A stretch of 64,000 nucleotides of DNA from Oligoflexia bacterium (GCA_963758495.1 CAVWVI010000001.1:224001-288000), one strand, 5' to 3'. Counted from the stretch's first letter, positions 22,097-32,718 are shown. Notes: generated by a model from the letters alone, not told the origin. Made by a program: numbers and translations.

Positions 22097-22995
22097 TGCT
22101 ATTTCCTGAACTGACCCCTGCTGAAAAGCGAAAAAGTTTTCGTACAGAACTCAAGAGTGGAAGACTCCTCCAATTTCCTGGTTCTTGGTCACCTCTTGTG
22201 AGCATGGCTATTGAGAAGCAAGGTTTTGATGGGGTTTACATTTCTGGGTCAGTTCTCTCCAATGATCTGGGATACCCAGATATTGGCCTCACGACTCTGA
22301 CTGAAGTCGCACAGCGTGGGCGGCAGATCGCACGAACCACGAAACTTCCGACCCTGATTGATATTGACACAGGCTTTGGAGAACCCATGAGTGCCACTCG
22401 CACCGTTCAAGAAATGATTGAGATGGGTCTTGCAGGTTGCCATATCGAGGATCAAGTGAACCCAAAACGATGTGGTCACTTGGATGGCAAGGCATTGGTG
22501 AGTCGCGAAGAGATGGTTCGAAAAGTAACAGCGGCAGCGCGTGGAAAACGTCTCGATGAAAATTTTCTACTCATCGCTCGCACAGATTCCCGTGCAACAG
22601 AAGGTCTTGAAAAAGCGATTGAACGATCCAAAGCCTACGTAGATGCTGGAGCGGATTGTATTTTTATTGAAGCACTCGAAAACGAGAAGGAATTTGAGAT
22701 TTTCAGAAAAGCGATTTCTGTCCCATTACTTGCAAATATGACGGAATTCGGGAAATCCAAACTCCTCACTTATGACCTGCTTTCAAAGCTGGGCTATAAT
22801 ATCGTGATTTATCCAGTGACCACTTTCCGCTTGGCGATGAAAGCAACTCTCGATGGACTTTCTGAAATCAAAACCAAGGGAACTCAAGAAGGCCTCTTAA
22901 ATCAGATGCAGCACCGCAAGGAATTGTACGAACTGTCTCGGTACGAGGAATATAATTCCTTCGATCAGAGCATTTTCAATTTCCATTTAAAATGA
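22096..22995 (+). CDS. prpB: Methylisocitrate lyase
   Basis: DIDTGFG, IEDQVNPKRCGHL, LANMTEFGKS. Confidence 0.95.
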   Translation: MLFPELTPAEKRKSFRTELKSGRLLQFPGSWSPLVSMAIEKQGFDGVYISGSVLSNDLGYPDIGLTTLTEVAQRGRQIARTTKLPTLIDIDTGFGEPMSATRTVQEMIEMGLAGCHIEDQVNPKRCGHLDGKALVSREEMVRKVTAAARGKRLDENFLLIARTDSRATEGLEKAIERSKAYVDAGADCIFIEALENEKEFEIFRKAISVPLLANMTEFGKSKLLTYDLLSKLGYNIVIYPVTTFRLAMKATLDGLSEIKTKGTQEGLLNQMQHRKELYELSRYEEYNSFDQSIFNFHLK

Positions 22996-23001
22996 AGGCA
23001 C

Positions 23002-25224
23002 TTACCTACGGACATGAAGCTTCAAGCCATCTTTCACAGCGTACTTGAGTTCTGGAATAACATCCGCATCCATAACTAAAGTATGAATCCAATTATGATA
23101 ATTCCCATCAGAATGGTTTGCCGAAAGATTTCTAGCCAATGTACCAGCCACCAAAGCCGCGGCAAGATCGGTTGAACTCTCTCGATCGTGACCGAGTCTA
23201 GGTTCTTCAACAGGAATATTTTCCGCAGGAGCTGCAATCTGCACCAGTGATGAGTCGTAATTGGCCTGCTTGCCAGGAACTTGGATTAATTGATTTTGAG
23301 AATCTACGCCCGTCACAACCATCACATTGTCATAGCTTTTCGAAAGTGCCGCTGGATAAGAAGGGTGCAAAGACAAGGATAACCCTTGATCCCCTGCCGA
23401 CGTTACAACCACGACCCCATGCTGTTGAGCATAGGCCACTCCCATTTCAATCGCCTGGGATAAAATCGGAGTATTCCAACCACAGACAATGATTTCCGCT
23501 CCATGATCTACAGCATAAATAAACGCAGCATAAATAGAAGCCGAGCTAGTGATTCCCCAAGGATTAAATACCTTCAAAGGCATCACCTGAATCTGTGGCG
23601 CCACAGCGGCAATCACACTTGCAACTTGAGTTCCATGATAACTATCATCGTAGGGTTTTGAATCTTGAGAAATAAAATCCCATCCATATCGATCCATAAA
23701 ACCATCTGCATAGGTTGTAGGAACTGAATTCAACCAAAGAACATCGTGAAGTGTGGGAGAGTTATAATCCATTCCAGAATCTATGACTGCGATGATTGGC
23801 GCTGGATTCTCCAATGTTCCTTGACGCATTTCTGGAGCGTCCAGAAGCCCGATGGATGCCGCCCATGGCTCCTGGTTTAAACTCAACGGTTTCGCTAACC
23901 CAAGTCCATCTGCTTTTTTGTGATAAATTTGATCATAGCTAAAATATCTCCAAATTCGATAAGGTAATAAAACGGCTTCGGCTAAACTTTTTGCAAGGGC
24001 TTGTGCTCGCGTGACGGTAGGAACTAAGCCAGTTAAATTACTAGGTGGAATAATTACAGGAGCGAGCACAATCGACTCTGATGTCATGGAGAGATCCGAA
24101 GCTGTTTTCATTTTTAAACTTAAAATATTGAGGGTATCTGATTGCTGAGCTAATGACAGAGAAGGCAAAGCTGAAATCTGACTGTACATATCTCCGACCT
24201 GCACTGAGGTGAGGTTTCCTCTTAGCAAATGCGCCGTGGACCCATTCAATTCGCTCGAATCCACTTGAAGGATATCATCCATGTGATTCAGGTTTTGATA
24301 ATAAACTCCTACTGGAATTTCAGAATTTTCACCTGTCCCTAAAAGCACTGTTCCATCAACAAGAACTGCATCGATTTTGGCTAATAACGGAACTTCCGAA
24401 AGGCCACGATCAATCGACTCAATGGCTTTCGAAAGCGCGCTTTTTACAACCTGATTCATTGCATCTCGACGAGCTACGGAAATTCCAGCACTATAACCTT
24501 TATAAGCTCCAGCAACATCAAAGAAAAATCCATTGCCTTTCACCTGAATTTCGTAAATCTTCGGAGCATTGTCCATCGCCTTCTGTATTTCTACATTCAA
24601 CCGAAGTTCTGAATGATAGGATGCATATTTCACATTTAACCAGGCATAGAGAATATCAATTTCAAAACCATCTCCTAAATCTAAGCCTGCCTGTGAGTCA
24701 ACGGGAAATACCCCCTTACTGTCAAATCGACTCCCGAACCAATTTGGACTACCCCAGCCCACTCTTAATGGAAATTCATTTTTAAATGTTCCATATCCGT
24801 CATTGAAAGGGGTTCTAAAGTTTTCGTTCAATCCATAAAACATTCGATCGCCAAATGATCCCGTTTGAAAACTAAGAGCCGTCACTCGAATTTTTACCGT
24901 CGCATCGGGTGAAACACTTTCTACCCAATTATAATCCAGGGCTCTGTAATTGGATGCCTTGTCGATTGTATCAACCAAAATATAACGTCCTGAATTAATA
25001 AAATAGGTTGAAAGCATACCTTGAAAATCTTGACCAAAATCATGCATGGATTGATCCGGCATCTCAACTTGAACATCCTGAATGGGAATTAATTCTATCA
25101 CTTTTTTTCCAGTTTTGACTGCTGTCAAATCAGTGGGCTTTTTCCCTGCCGCTAAAGTTGATGTGAGGGGAGATAAAGTCGAGATCAATCCGACAACGAA
25201 GACCAAAAGGGGAGAAATTTTCAT
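23002..25224 (-). CDS. Secreted protein: CsgG/FlgT-like N-terminal region plus S8 subtilase-like domain (probably inactive)
   Basis: Signal peptide; VIDSG and HGTQVA present; the GTSMA motif reads STDLA. Confidence 0.8.
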   Translation of the reverse strand: MKISPLLVFVVGLISTLSPLTSTLAAGKKPTDLTAVKTGKKVIELIPIQDVQVEMPDQSMHDFGQDFQGMLSTYFINSGRYILVDTIDKASNYRALDYNWVESVSPDATVKIRVTALSFQTGSFGDRMFYGLNENFRTPFNDGYGTFKNEFPLRVGWGSPNWFGSRFDSKGVFPVDSQAGLDLGDGFEIDILYAWLNVKYASYHSELRLNVEIQKAMDNAPKIYEIQVKGNGFFFDVAGAYKGYSAGISVARRDAMNQVVKSALSKAIESIDRGLSEVPLLAKIDAVLVDGTVLLGTGENSEIPVGVYYQNLNHMDDILQVDSSELNGSTAHLLRGNLTSVQVGDMYSQISALPSLSLAQQSDTLNILSLKMKTASDLSMTSESIVLAPVIIPPSNLTGLVPTVTRAQALAKSLAEAVLLPYRIWRYFSYDQIYHKKADGLGLAKPLSLNQEPWAASIGLLDAPEMRQGTLENPAPIIAVIDSGMDYNSPTLHDVLWLNSVPTTYADGFMDRYGWDFISQDSKPYDDSYHGTQVASVIAAVAPQIQVMPLKVFNPWGITSSASIYAAFIYAVDHGAEIIVCGWNTPILSQAIEMGVAYAQQHGVVVVTSAGDQGLSLSLHPSYPAALSKSYDNVMVVTGVDSQNQLIQVPGKQANYDSSLVQIAAPAENIPVEEPRLGHDRESSTDLAAALVAGTLARNLSANHSDGNYHNWIHTLVMDADVIPELKYAVKDGLKLHVRR

Positions 25225-26195
25225 TGTGCGCTCACGTTTCTAATCATCACAAGGTCCCCCACTTGAACTCCTCGAGTTGAAAACACTTGATCCACACTAG
25301 CGGTACTTGATACTGTATCCGCCATAATCGTATGCACATAAGCAACAGTTTGAAATACGTTACAGGTTCCAGTGGATGAGGCATCAACTGGAGCATAGAT
25401 CTCAAATGATTGATTTGGATAAATTTGAAATTGAGAACCTGCATCGAAAATCAGCGTACCAGCAGAAGGAACCACTTCCATAACACGAGCTTGCCAAGGC
25501 AATTGATTTACTCGGGGTGATTGGGCTAACTGACTCATTCCATTTAACATAATAGAACGTATTGCAGCACCTATTGGAGTGTTATATAAAACACTTGGAG
25601 CAGTGTTAACCATAGTAAAATCAACCACCATAGATAAATTAACCCCCGCTGTTAAATGCGTAGAAGTGGAGGCAGCAACTGCAGAACAGCTACCGCTGAT
25701 ACATTCCCAGATGCTAAAATCCATTGAAATGGTGCCAATTTGAACACTCACCTTACCTGTAATATTTGTAATAGCGCCAATTGATCCTGTGGGTGAAAAA
25801 CCAAATGAAACCGAGCCATCTCCTACATCCAACTGAAAATTGGTGACGGAAGAACGAAGCTCTAAATGAGAATCACAAGGGTTGTTTTCAAGAGAAACTA
25901 CAGGTGCAAAATTAGAGCTAGAGGTGACTGCTGTATTTAATATGGATTGTAGATCTAACGATAAATCCACTGCAGACCCATTGGGTAATTGGAAAACTTT
26001 TGTGCCGATTGGCTGAACCACCACATTTCGAACTGGATTCGGTGTCGTCAAACTAGGGGTATTTGATATCGAGCAGGAAGGTACACTCAGTTTCTTGGCA
26101 GCAGAATAAGCATTTTGAATAAAAACAGTATTGATTGTGGTTAAAAATACTGAGCCAAAAAGGACACACAGCTTGGTATAGTTCTCAGATTTCAT
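25221..26195 (-). CDS. Secreted hypothetical protein, CsgG/FlgT-like, paralogous to the N-terminus of the downstream gene
   Basis: LPNGSAVDLSLDLQSIL vs MPDQSMHDFGQDFQGML; C-terminal ARVMEV...IFDAG...FEIY...VQVGDLV beta domain. Confidence 0.6.
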   Translation of the reverse strand: MKSENYTKLCVLFGSVFLTTINTVFIQNAYSAAKKLSVPSCSISNTPSLTTPNPVRNVVVQPIGTKVFQLPNGSAVDLSLDLQSILNTAVTSSSNFAPVVSLENNPCDSHLELRSSVTNFQLDVGDGSVSFGFSPTGSIGAITNITGKVSVQIGTISMDFSIWECISGSCSAVAASTSTHLTAGVNLSMVVDFTMVNTAPSVLYNTPIGAAIRSIMLNGMSQLAQSPRVNQLPWQARVMEVVPSAGTLIFDAGSQFQIYPNQSFEIYAPVDASSTGTCNVFQTVAYVHTIMADTVSSTASVDQVFSTRGVQVGDLVMIRNVSAQ

Positions 26196-26417
26196 TGAGA
26201 GTTCCCTTTCTTATTTTTATTTTAATTTTAATTTTTATCTTTATTCTTATTGGGTGGGCTTATCTGTAAAGTATTACTAAATCGTAATAGATTTGACACG
26301 TATAGTCAACTCATAATTCGCCTTAAAATTTGCGATATAAGTCATTATAATTTAATATTTATTTTTTATATTCGCCTAGAGTCGACTCTATTCATCAGTA
26401 CCGCCAGTCATTCAAAC

Positions 26418-27209
26418 CTAGCGAGTTTGCTGTGGCGTCTCGTATTGGTTATTTAAAAGTATGATTTCTACTCTACGATTTTTTGCTCGATCCCACGGTT
26501 CTTTTCCCTCCGACAGGGGACGGAAATGAGAAAAGCCTGCTACTTCTAGATGAGTAGGATCAATATCGAATTTACTAATCCAATATTTTGCGACCCAAGC
26601 TGCACGTGCAGAAGAGAGTTCCCAATCACTTGCAAAGACTTTTAATCGCGCTTCTGCGGGATCAGTATGCCCTTCCAGTCGAATCAAACGTTTCGTCTTC
26701 GAAACGACTCGTCCAATACGATCTAGGACAGGTCTCAAATCTAAACGAGCCTCAACCGCCCCCTCATCAAAGAAATCTTTTGTCGCTATTCGGACAATAA
26801 GACCTTTGCTATCGTATTGCATTTTTAATTTCTCTGAAATTTCGGTTGCACCCAATTCTAAACTCATTGTTTCTTCAAGCAAATCTCGAACTTCTTGAAG
26901 CTCTGGATCAGGGTCCGCAGCGGTATTTGTTTTGCCAGCAGGTAGATCTTGCATTCTCCCTACCGGAGAATTAGGAACCTCAAAGGGGTTAGCGGTATTA
27001 CCCCCTGAAGTGCCCCCCAAGTCCACCATTCCCGCTGGTCCAGCAGCAAAAGCCCGCTGAACTCCTGCAGAAAATTGCTTAAACTTGGCCATGTCTGCTT
27101 GTGAAATTGCATACATAATCACAAAAAATGCAAAGAGCAGTGTAATGAAATCTGCATACGAGACGAGCCATCTTTCAAGATTTACATGTTCTGGATGTTT
27201 TTTCTTCAT
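26418..27209 (-). CDS. motB: Flagellar motor stator protein MotB
   Basis: WLVSYADFITLLFAFF; OmpA-like EGHTD, WELSSARA, NRRVEI. Confidence 0.93.
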   Translation of the reverse strand: MKKKHPEHVNLERWLVSYADFITLLFAFFVIMYAISQADMAKFKQFSAGVQRAFAAGPAGMVDLGGTSGGNTANPFEVPNSPVGRMQDLPAGKTNTAADPDPELQEVRDLLEETMSLELGATEISEKLKMQYDSKGLIVRIATKDFFDEGAVEARLDLRPVLDRIGRVVSKTKRLIRLEGHTDPAEARLKVFASDWELSSARAAWVAKYWISKFDIDPTHLEVAGFSHFRPLSEGKEPWDRAKNRRVEIILLNNQYETPQQTR

Positions 27210-27218
27210 ATTTTAATT

Positions 27219-27998
27219 TTACGCCTTAGCAGGATGCCCCCCCGAACGACGATGATGCTCTTCCACAAATACTTCTAGTTTCTCTTGAAGGAAGTGGGGG
27301 TTCAAACCTTCTTGAATTCCTACAACTCCTAATTTTACGACTTCTTTAGTGAGCATCCTTTGTGCGGCCTTACGCTTCATTTTTGTGCCCCAAGGAATGA
27401 AAAAAAGATTTGAAATACCCACCCCATAAACTGTGGCGACGAACGCCACTGCAATACCTTCACCGATTTTAGAGGGATCATTCAAAAGCGCCATAACGTG
27501 AATCAAACCGAGAACGGCACCGATAATTCCGATAGTAGGTGCATAACCCCCTGCACCCTCGAAAACTTTTCCAGCAGCCTCTTCTTCTTCAAAGGCTAAA
27601 AAGATCTCTGTTTCAATGATTTCTTTGACAGTATTAGGTTCAAAACCATCGATGACATATTTAATCGTTTTTTTAAATAATTCGTTTTGAATACTATCGC
27701 GCTGTCCTTCTACTGCAAGAACTCCTTCTTTACGAGCAATAGTCGCAATTCGAATAATTTCATCAATGGTTGGCCTAACGTCGAGATTTACGTTGATGTA
27801 AACAGAAGGAATCATGGCAAAAGCTTTTTTTACATCTTGAACCGGAAACGACAAAAGCATGGCACCAATAGTACCAGACAGAACAATGAGCGCTGCAGTG
27901 CCCTGCATAATTTGCCCAATGTGTCCTCCTTCAAGAATCTGACCTCCTAGAATACCGCAAATCCCCATCAGGGATCCCATCACCGAAGCTAAATCCAT
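27219..27998 (-). CDS. motA: Flagellar motor stator protein MotA
   Basis: ARKEGVLA, YAPTIGIIGAVLGLI, AFVATVYG. Confidence 0.93.
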   Translation of the reverse strand: MDLASVMGSLMGICGILGGQILEGGHIGQIMQGTAALIVLSGTIGAMLLSFPVQDVKKAFAMIPSVYINVNLDVRPTIDEIIRIATIARKEGVLAVEGQRDSIQNELFKKTIKYVIDGFEPNTVKEIIETEIFLAFEEEEAAGKVFEGAGGYAPTIGIIGAVLGLIHVMALLNDPSKIGEGIAVAFVATVYGVGISNLFFIPWGTKMKRKAAQRMLTKEVVKLGVVGIQEGLNPHFLQEKLEVFVEEHHRRSGGHPAKA

Positions 27999-28017
27999 CG
28001 CATCTTCTCCTGATCTT

Positions 28018-28227
28018 TCACTTCATTTCCTCTCTAGGAGGTGGCTCATGGTAGAGCTGCTGACGATAAGTCATAGTAGCTCGGATGACAGCGTCAACGT
28101 CTTCACGAACCATGAGCTTTTCACCTACAGTCAAAGTAATGACAGTGTCTGGCGTGGCTTCGATATACTTTATCAAATCACAGTTGAGTATAAATTCTTT
28201 GCCATTGAATCGAGTTAGCCGGATCAT
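28018..28227 (-). CDS. flbD: Flagellar FlbD family protein
   Basis: MIRLTRFNG...LNCDLIKYIEATPDTVITL; upstream of motA. Confidence 0.88.
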   Translation of the reverse strand: MIRLTRFNGKEFILNCDLIKYIEATPDTVITLTVGEKLMVREDVDAVIRATMTYRQQLYHEPPPREEMK

Positions 28228-28294
28228 AATTGAAACTGTCACCTTCCCCAGTTCATGTATACTTTAAGTGTAACTCTGATGAGCTAGGAGTCAA

Positions 28295-29653
28295 ATGAGT
28301 CAATCAAATATAGATGTACGAGGGTATACCAGCTTTAATCGTCCCGTCTCAAGGCAACTTCAAGTCCTTTCGATCCTCGTCGATGGATCTATTGTTCTAT
28401 TTATTGGCCTAGTCGTACTAGAATTATTGAAGATCACACCTCTTCCAAAAATGAGTCATGTAGTGCTATGGATCTTCTTGGGCGCTTCATACTGGTTTCT
28501 TCAAAAAGGTCTATTTAAAGTAACTTTAGGCGAACGTTGCTGGCAAATCAGACCCAAGGGAACAAAACTCTACGAATGTGATTATTTAAAGCCTGCCTCT
28601 ATTTTCATGAGCTGTCTTTTAACTACCTTCTCGATTCTCATCTCTTATTCAACCTTCAAGAAAATCGTATTTCAAAATCCAGTCTGGCTCTCCGCGTCCT
28701 TATGGAACTTCGAGCCCTTCATCCCTTCTTCCAAAGATTGGATGGTGACTCCGTTTTTTTATGTCATGGGTGGGTGGCCAAAAACATTCAATGGCAAGCC
28801 CATTCTTTATTCACTCCCTTACGAGAAAGGCCCTCCTTCAAGATTTATTGGACATACTGTCGCTTATTGGGATGCTCCAGATATTAAACTCGTTTTGGAA
28901 GGCCCAAAAACCCCAGACAAAGCTGGGAGTCAAAAGGAACTCAAAGAATGTATTCTGGGTCATGCTTTTCCTTCTACTCACTCTATTTACTCTCTTGATT
29001 CGGCTTATCATTGCATATTTGCACGCGAGCAAGCTCTCACCCGACATATTAAAGAGCTTGAAGCGGCTCACCCTTCTTCCTGGACGCTTAAATGGTTTAT
29101 GGTTAATAATGCAATGCTACCCCCCGAAGATCGGCCTCAAGGAATCTATTTGAGTGCTTCAGGTGATACCTGGACTCAAGATCGCTTTATCCTGATCAAC
29201 TCTCAGGGAATTCACCAAACCCTCATTCTAACTCGACCCAAAAATGAATCCGGAAGCCTCGCCTTTGATCTCATACAAAAAACGGTGAGAAGCTTACGCA
29301 GCTTTAAAGAACTCGACCCCGGTCGAGCCTGGGTCAACCAAGAGCTTGAAGAAGTCCGCCTTCGAGAATTACAAACTAACCAAGACCCTGTTGCGCTTAC
29401 AGCAAATTTAGCAGAAATTCAAAGCCTCCTTATTTCTAGAATTTCAGTCGAACCTGGAAGCTTTGACTCCTATTTTCATTTAGCGGGAACTTCCATGATA
29501 CTACTAAAAAGCTTGAACGCGAGTCGCGAGAAAAAGCTCTCCATTGCACTCCAGAACCTCCAAAATGCTTACCATTTTGCTCAAGACGTTGCCCCCGCTG
29601 ATCCCCGAATCAATCTCATGCAAAATCTTATAGTTGAGGCTAAGAAGTTTTAG
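28295..29653 (+). CDS. Membrane-anchored hypothetical protein (RDD-like N-terminus)
   Basis: Three N-terminal TM helices with TLGER motif, then a large soluble domain. Confidence 0.6.
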   Translation: MSQSNIDVRGYTSFNRPVSRQLQVLSILVDGSIVLFIGLVVLELLKITPLPKMSHVVLWIFLGASYWFLQKGLFKVTLGERCWQIRPKGTKLYECDYLKPASIFMSCLLTTFSILISYSTFKKIVFQNPVWLSASLWNFEPFIPSSKDWMVTPFFYVMGGWPKTFNGKPILYSLPYEKGPPSRFIGHTVAYWDAPDIKLVLEGPKTPDKAGSQKELKECILGHAFPSTHSIYSLDSAYHCIFAREQALTRHIKELEAAHPSSWTLKWFMVNNAMLPPEDRPQGIYLSASGDTWTQDRFILINSQGIHQTLILTRPKNESGSLAFDLIQKTVRSLRSFKELDPGRAWVNQELEEVRLRELQTNQDPVALTANLAEIQSLLISRISVEPGSFDSYFHLAGTSMILLKSLNASREKKLSIALQNLQNAYHFAQDVAPADPRINLMQNLIVEAKKF

Positions 29654-29758
29654 CGAACTTCAAACCAGTGCGGCCGCCACCGGAATTTAAATTATATTCG
29701 AGGCACTCCGTGCGACGTGATGGAGTTCGATCAATTGTTCTCTAGCTTGCGCGAGCTT

Positions 29759-30823
29759 CTACCTGATGAATTGAGTCTCGGGTGATTCCAAATATTTTAA
29801 AACATGTGCTCTTCCATAGGATTGCACTGCGTGCAGTCTGTTGCAAGTCCTACAGCTGAGTCTTAAGTTCAATGCCGTCGAAGGCCCACCTTTGGCTCGC
29901 GGGATTGGAAAGTGATCATATTCAAGAAATGTCATACTCCCACAAGGTTTGCCGGTCCTGGGATTGAGAACCACGCAACGACCTTGATCTCTTTGGTAGA
30001 CTGTTCTTTTGACTTCATGGGTGATGTATTCAGAATCATGAGATACCGTGGAAGCGACTCCACTTCCGGCGTGGGAAGTCACTGCTACAGTTTCTGCTTC
30101 TTCCGACTTGGCTACTTGAACTGACTCGACAGTGGACTTCACTTTGAACTTTTTCTTTTTCAGTTCGCTCAGGCCCAGCTTCATCATCTCAGCTAAGACT
30201 TCCGCAATCGATGCGCCTGGCATTTGATGCCCGAGCAATCCACGGGACTCCCCCAAAAGCGCCATAAACTCTGAGTTGGCATTGAACGTGATCTGACTCA
30301 ACTCAGCATTCATAGGTTTTATTTTTTCAGGCTGCAGTTGCTCAGGAGCGGAGGACATCTGGAGTAACGTCTTTTCTGCTTCTCTTGAACTCTTATTTTT
30401 CAGCTGTTGTAGGACGTTTTTCTTCTCATCCAAGTTGAGGGTGTGGTCATTCTTTTGTTCATTTCTGAAAAACTTCTCTGCTTGCGCCAGCGCAGAAAGG
30501 GTCAGACTTCCATCTAAAATCTGGGTTTTAATTTCGGGGACTTCCACTGTAATCCGAGCAGCGCTGATTCTTCGCTGTGCAGCTGCTGCACTATAATGTA
30601 AACCAATGGTCATATAGTCAAAGAGTGTTCCAAACTCTAAGTCGAGATAAAATCTCCTCTTTGCAGCTTCAGCAATCATGCTGATCATCTGAGCGGTGAT
30701 TTCTCGCTCTTTTTGAGAAGTACATACCATCTTGTGATGGAGTTGTTGATCGGTGAGCTTTTTGAGTTCTACATTTTCCAGAAATACTTCAAGTTTTTCC
30801 ATACGTGAAAAGTATTTTAACAC
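29759..30823 (-). CDS. HNH endonuclease with long helical (DUF222-like) N-terminus
   Basis: VYQRDQGRC...C...LEYDH..P.AKGG....NLRLSCRTCN. Confidence 0.88.
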   Translation of the reverse strand: MLKYFSRMEKLEVFLENVELKKLTDQQLHHKMVCTSQKEREITAQMISMIAEAAKRRFYLDLEFGTLFDYMTIGLHYSAAAAQRRISAARITVEVPEIKTQILDGSLTLSALAQAEKFFRNEQKNDHTLNLDEKKNVLQQLKNKSSREAEKTLLQMSSAPEQLQPEKIKPMNAELSQITFNANSEFMALLGESRGLLGHQMPGASIAEVLAEMMKLGLSELKKKKFKVKSTVESVQVAKSEEAETVAVTSHAGSGVASTVSHDSEYITHEVKRTVYQRDQGRCVVLNPRTGKPCGSMTFLEYDHFPIPRAKGGPSTALNLRLSCRTCNRLHAVQSYGRAHVLKYLESPETQFIR

Positions 30824-31314
30824 AGAATTTTGGGCTGAATTTTAAGCGTTTAATCGATTATTATGCACTTACAAAAATCTGATAATCCCGGGGCATACTC
30901 GATATTTCTGGCTCCCACTGTGAGGCACCTTATTGCGTCTCGCTATTCTTTTAACTCAGATCTGGGACAGATGATTGGATTTTAAATTTCCCTCTGCGTC
31001 AGGGTCGCAAGCGAAAAATGAGTGTCCCTTCATTTTTTTTCAGGTTCACTTCCGACGCGGGAAGTAACTGGTAAAAGCATCGGTACAGCAGAGCTGTCTT
31101 TAAAAATAAAAATTCACAATGCACTTCTGCGGTCATGCGATTTATAGGACATACATCGCACGCCCAGCCTCGCCCGAAAAAAATAAGCACTTCCATTAAG
31201 TCGCCCGGAGTGACTCGAATATGACCTCAATTGCGAAGGTAGCCCTACTGCTTGACGTCTTTGTGAACATCTTTGACCTTGTGATTAGGCAATCGCCTTG
31301 AATCGTTCAGGAGG

Positions 31315-31483
31315 TTAGGAGGAACTGAGCTTGCCATGCAGAAAGTCCGAAATAACCTGGTGCGCAAACTGCCCATTCTTTGACATATAAATCCCCGCGT
31401 CTCGTTCCATGAGCCCCTCATTCCCTGATATGAATCAGGGACTTAGATTATCTAGGGGGGTGACATAGAATTAAGTGGTGACA
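31315..31483 (-). mobile_element. Possible IS end and transposase 5' remnant (ISNCY/IS481-like)
   Basis: GGTGACA repeated at 31459 and 31477 (TGTCA terminus on the minus strand); GAGGGG RBS then a 31-aa ORF MERDAGIYMSKNGQFAHQVISDFLHGKLSSS resembling a transposase N-terminus. Confidence 0.4.
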
Positions 31484-31504
31484 GAATCGATAATCACAAA
31501 ACAT

Positions 31505-31532
31505 TAAGGTTTTTAGCATTTGCTGCCGACTA
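31505..31532 (+). promoter_or_regulatory. Putative sigma28 (FliA)-like promoter
   Basis: TAAG-N16-GCCGACTA upstream of the lipoprotein cluster. Confidence 0.4.
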
Positions 31533-31608
31533 ACTATAAGAGAAGTATAGATTTTTAGCTGTATCATTAAATATTTATTACATAATTGTAAAATGGTAAA
31601 ATATTCCT

Positions 31609-32718
31609 ATGGCGACTTCTAATGACAGCCGACTCTCCTACCCCGCAAAAATCGCACTCGTGTTGTGCTGGACCCTACTTACCGGCTGCACACTCCGTCC
31701 CTCTTTCTCAACATCCACCGCCACTTCCACCACAACAGCGACCCCGACTCCCACGATAGCCACGACTTCTTCGACGATTCGTGCAGTACAAATTTTATTT
31801 CAAAGCTCTTCTACGGGTAGTTTTGATTCAACCTTCCCCTCAACAAATCCCTCTACTTTACCCGGCACTCAACTTTCCAGTGGAAGTCCTCCTGGTGCGG
31901 GATCAGGACTCCAAGCGCAGAGGCTCTTTAGTCCGTCTAATCAGACTCTGATTGCCAGTGGAGGCGCTAGCTCAAGCACTTGGCCAACCTGGCTTACTTC
32001 TTTTGAAATTGGACTGAGCGGTCCTTCAAATACATCTGCTCCCAATCCGAACTGTGCCAACTTTGCAAGTTCGACTGAAGCTACTTTACTCAACTGCCAA
32101 ATTGTACCCACACCGGCGCCTTCTCCCTATGCTGAATGCGGAGCACCGGCCAATCAATTCCGAGTCAGTGAAGTTGATTGCCCCCTCCAGAGTTCAACAT
32201 TGGCTGGAAATGGCGGGCCATCCGACGGAATTTACATAAGAGCGCAATTCAATCGGAGTACCACAACTCTCGGGCCTACAGAAAATATTCTAGTAGTGAT
32301 TTCTTATTCGGCTTCCAGCGTCAATCCAGCCCCTCCAAACCCTACCAGTTGCTTTTCCGGTGGCATATTCACTCCCCAAGCCTGTTCTGAATTTGTTTGG
32401 CAAGCTTATCTCAAGCACTATCCAAGTGAGACTGGAATTCAACCCTTCTTTCTCCTAGTGCCCCCTACTTTTGCTTCAATCATCAATGCAACCTCAGGCG
32501 GCCCCCAGGGTTCTGGAACTGGAATCGCTACCAAGCAGTTCATTTTACCTTTAGCAGGAGATTCTACTTTGACGACCTTGCAAATCAGTCGTACCCAACC
32601 TAACTCCACGCCCAGCAATCTCATCACTTATTGCACACCAAGCGGGGGTAACCTACCTGGAGATTCGCCTCTTTGTTCTGGAATGGTATTTTATTCAATG
32701 ACGTTTTATAGGATTTGA
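31609..32718 (+). CDS. Ser/Thr/Pro/Cys-rich lipoprotein A
   Basis: Lipobox LTGC, Thr-rich linker, multiple Cys. Confidence 0.8.
   Translation: MATSNDSRLSYPAKIALVLCWTLLTGCTLRPSFSTSTATSTTTATPTPTIATTSSTIRAVQILFQSSSTGSFDSTFPSTNPSTLPGTQLSSGSPPGAGSGLQAQRLFSPSNQTLIASGGASSSTWPTWLTSFEIGLSGPSNTSAPNPNCANFASSTEATLLNCQIVPTPAPSPYAECGAPANQFRVSEVDCPLQSSTLAGNGGPSDGIYIRAQFNRSTTTLGPTENILVVISYSASSVNPAPPNPTSCFSGGIFTPQACSEFVWQAYLKHYPSETGIQPFFLLVPPTFASIINATSGGPQGSGTGIATKQFILPLAGDSTLTTLQISRTQPNSTPSNLITYCTPSGGNLPGDSPLCSGMVFYSMTFYRI

Noticed and set aside
18663..22995. Methylcitrate cluster as a novel pathway
   Set aside because: Well-known propionate catabolism genes; only the divergent layout is mildly unusual.
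15362..23000. Integrative island at tRNA-Ala
   Set aside because: Accessory-looking genes follow the tRNA, but I found no integrase and no duplicated tRNA 3' end.
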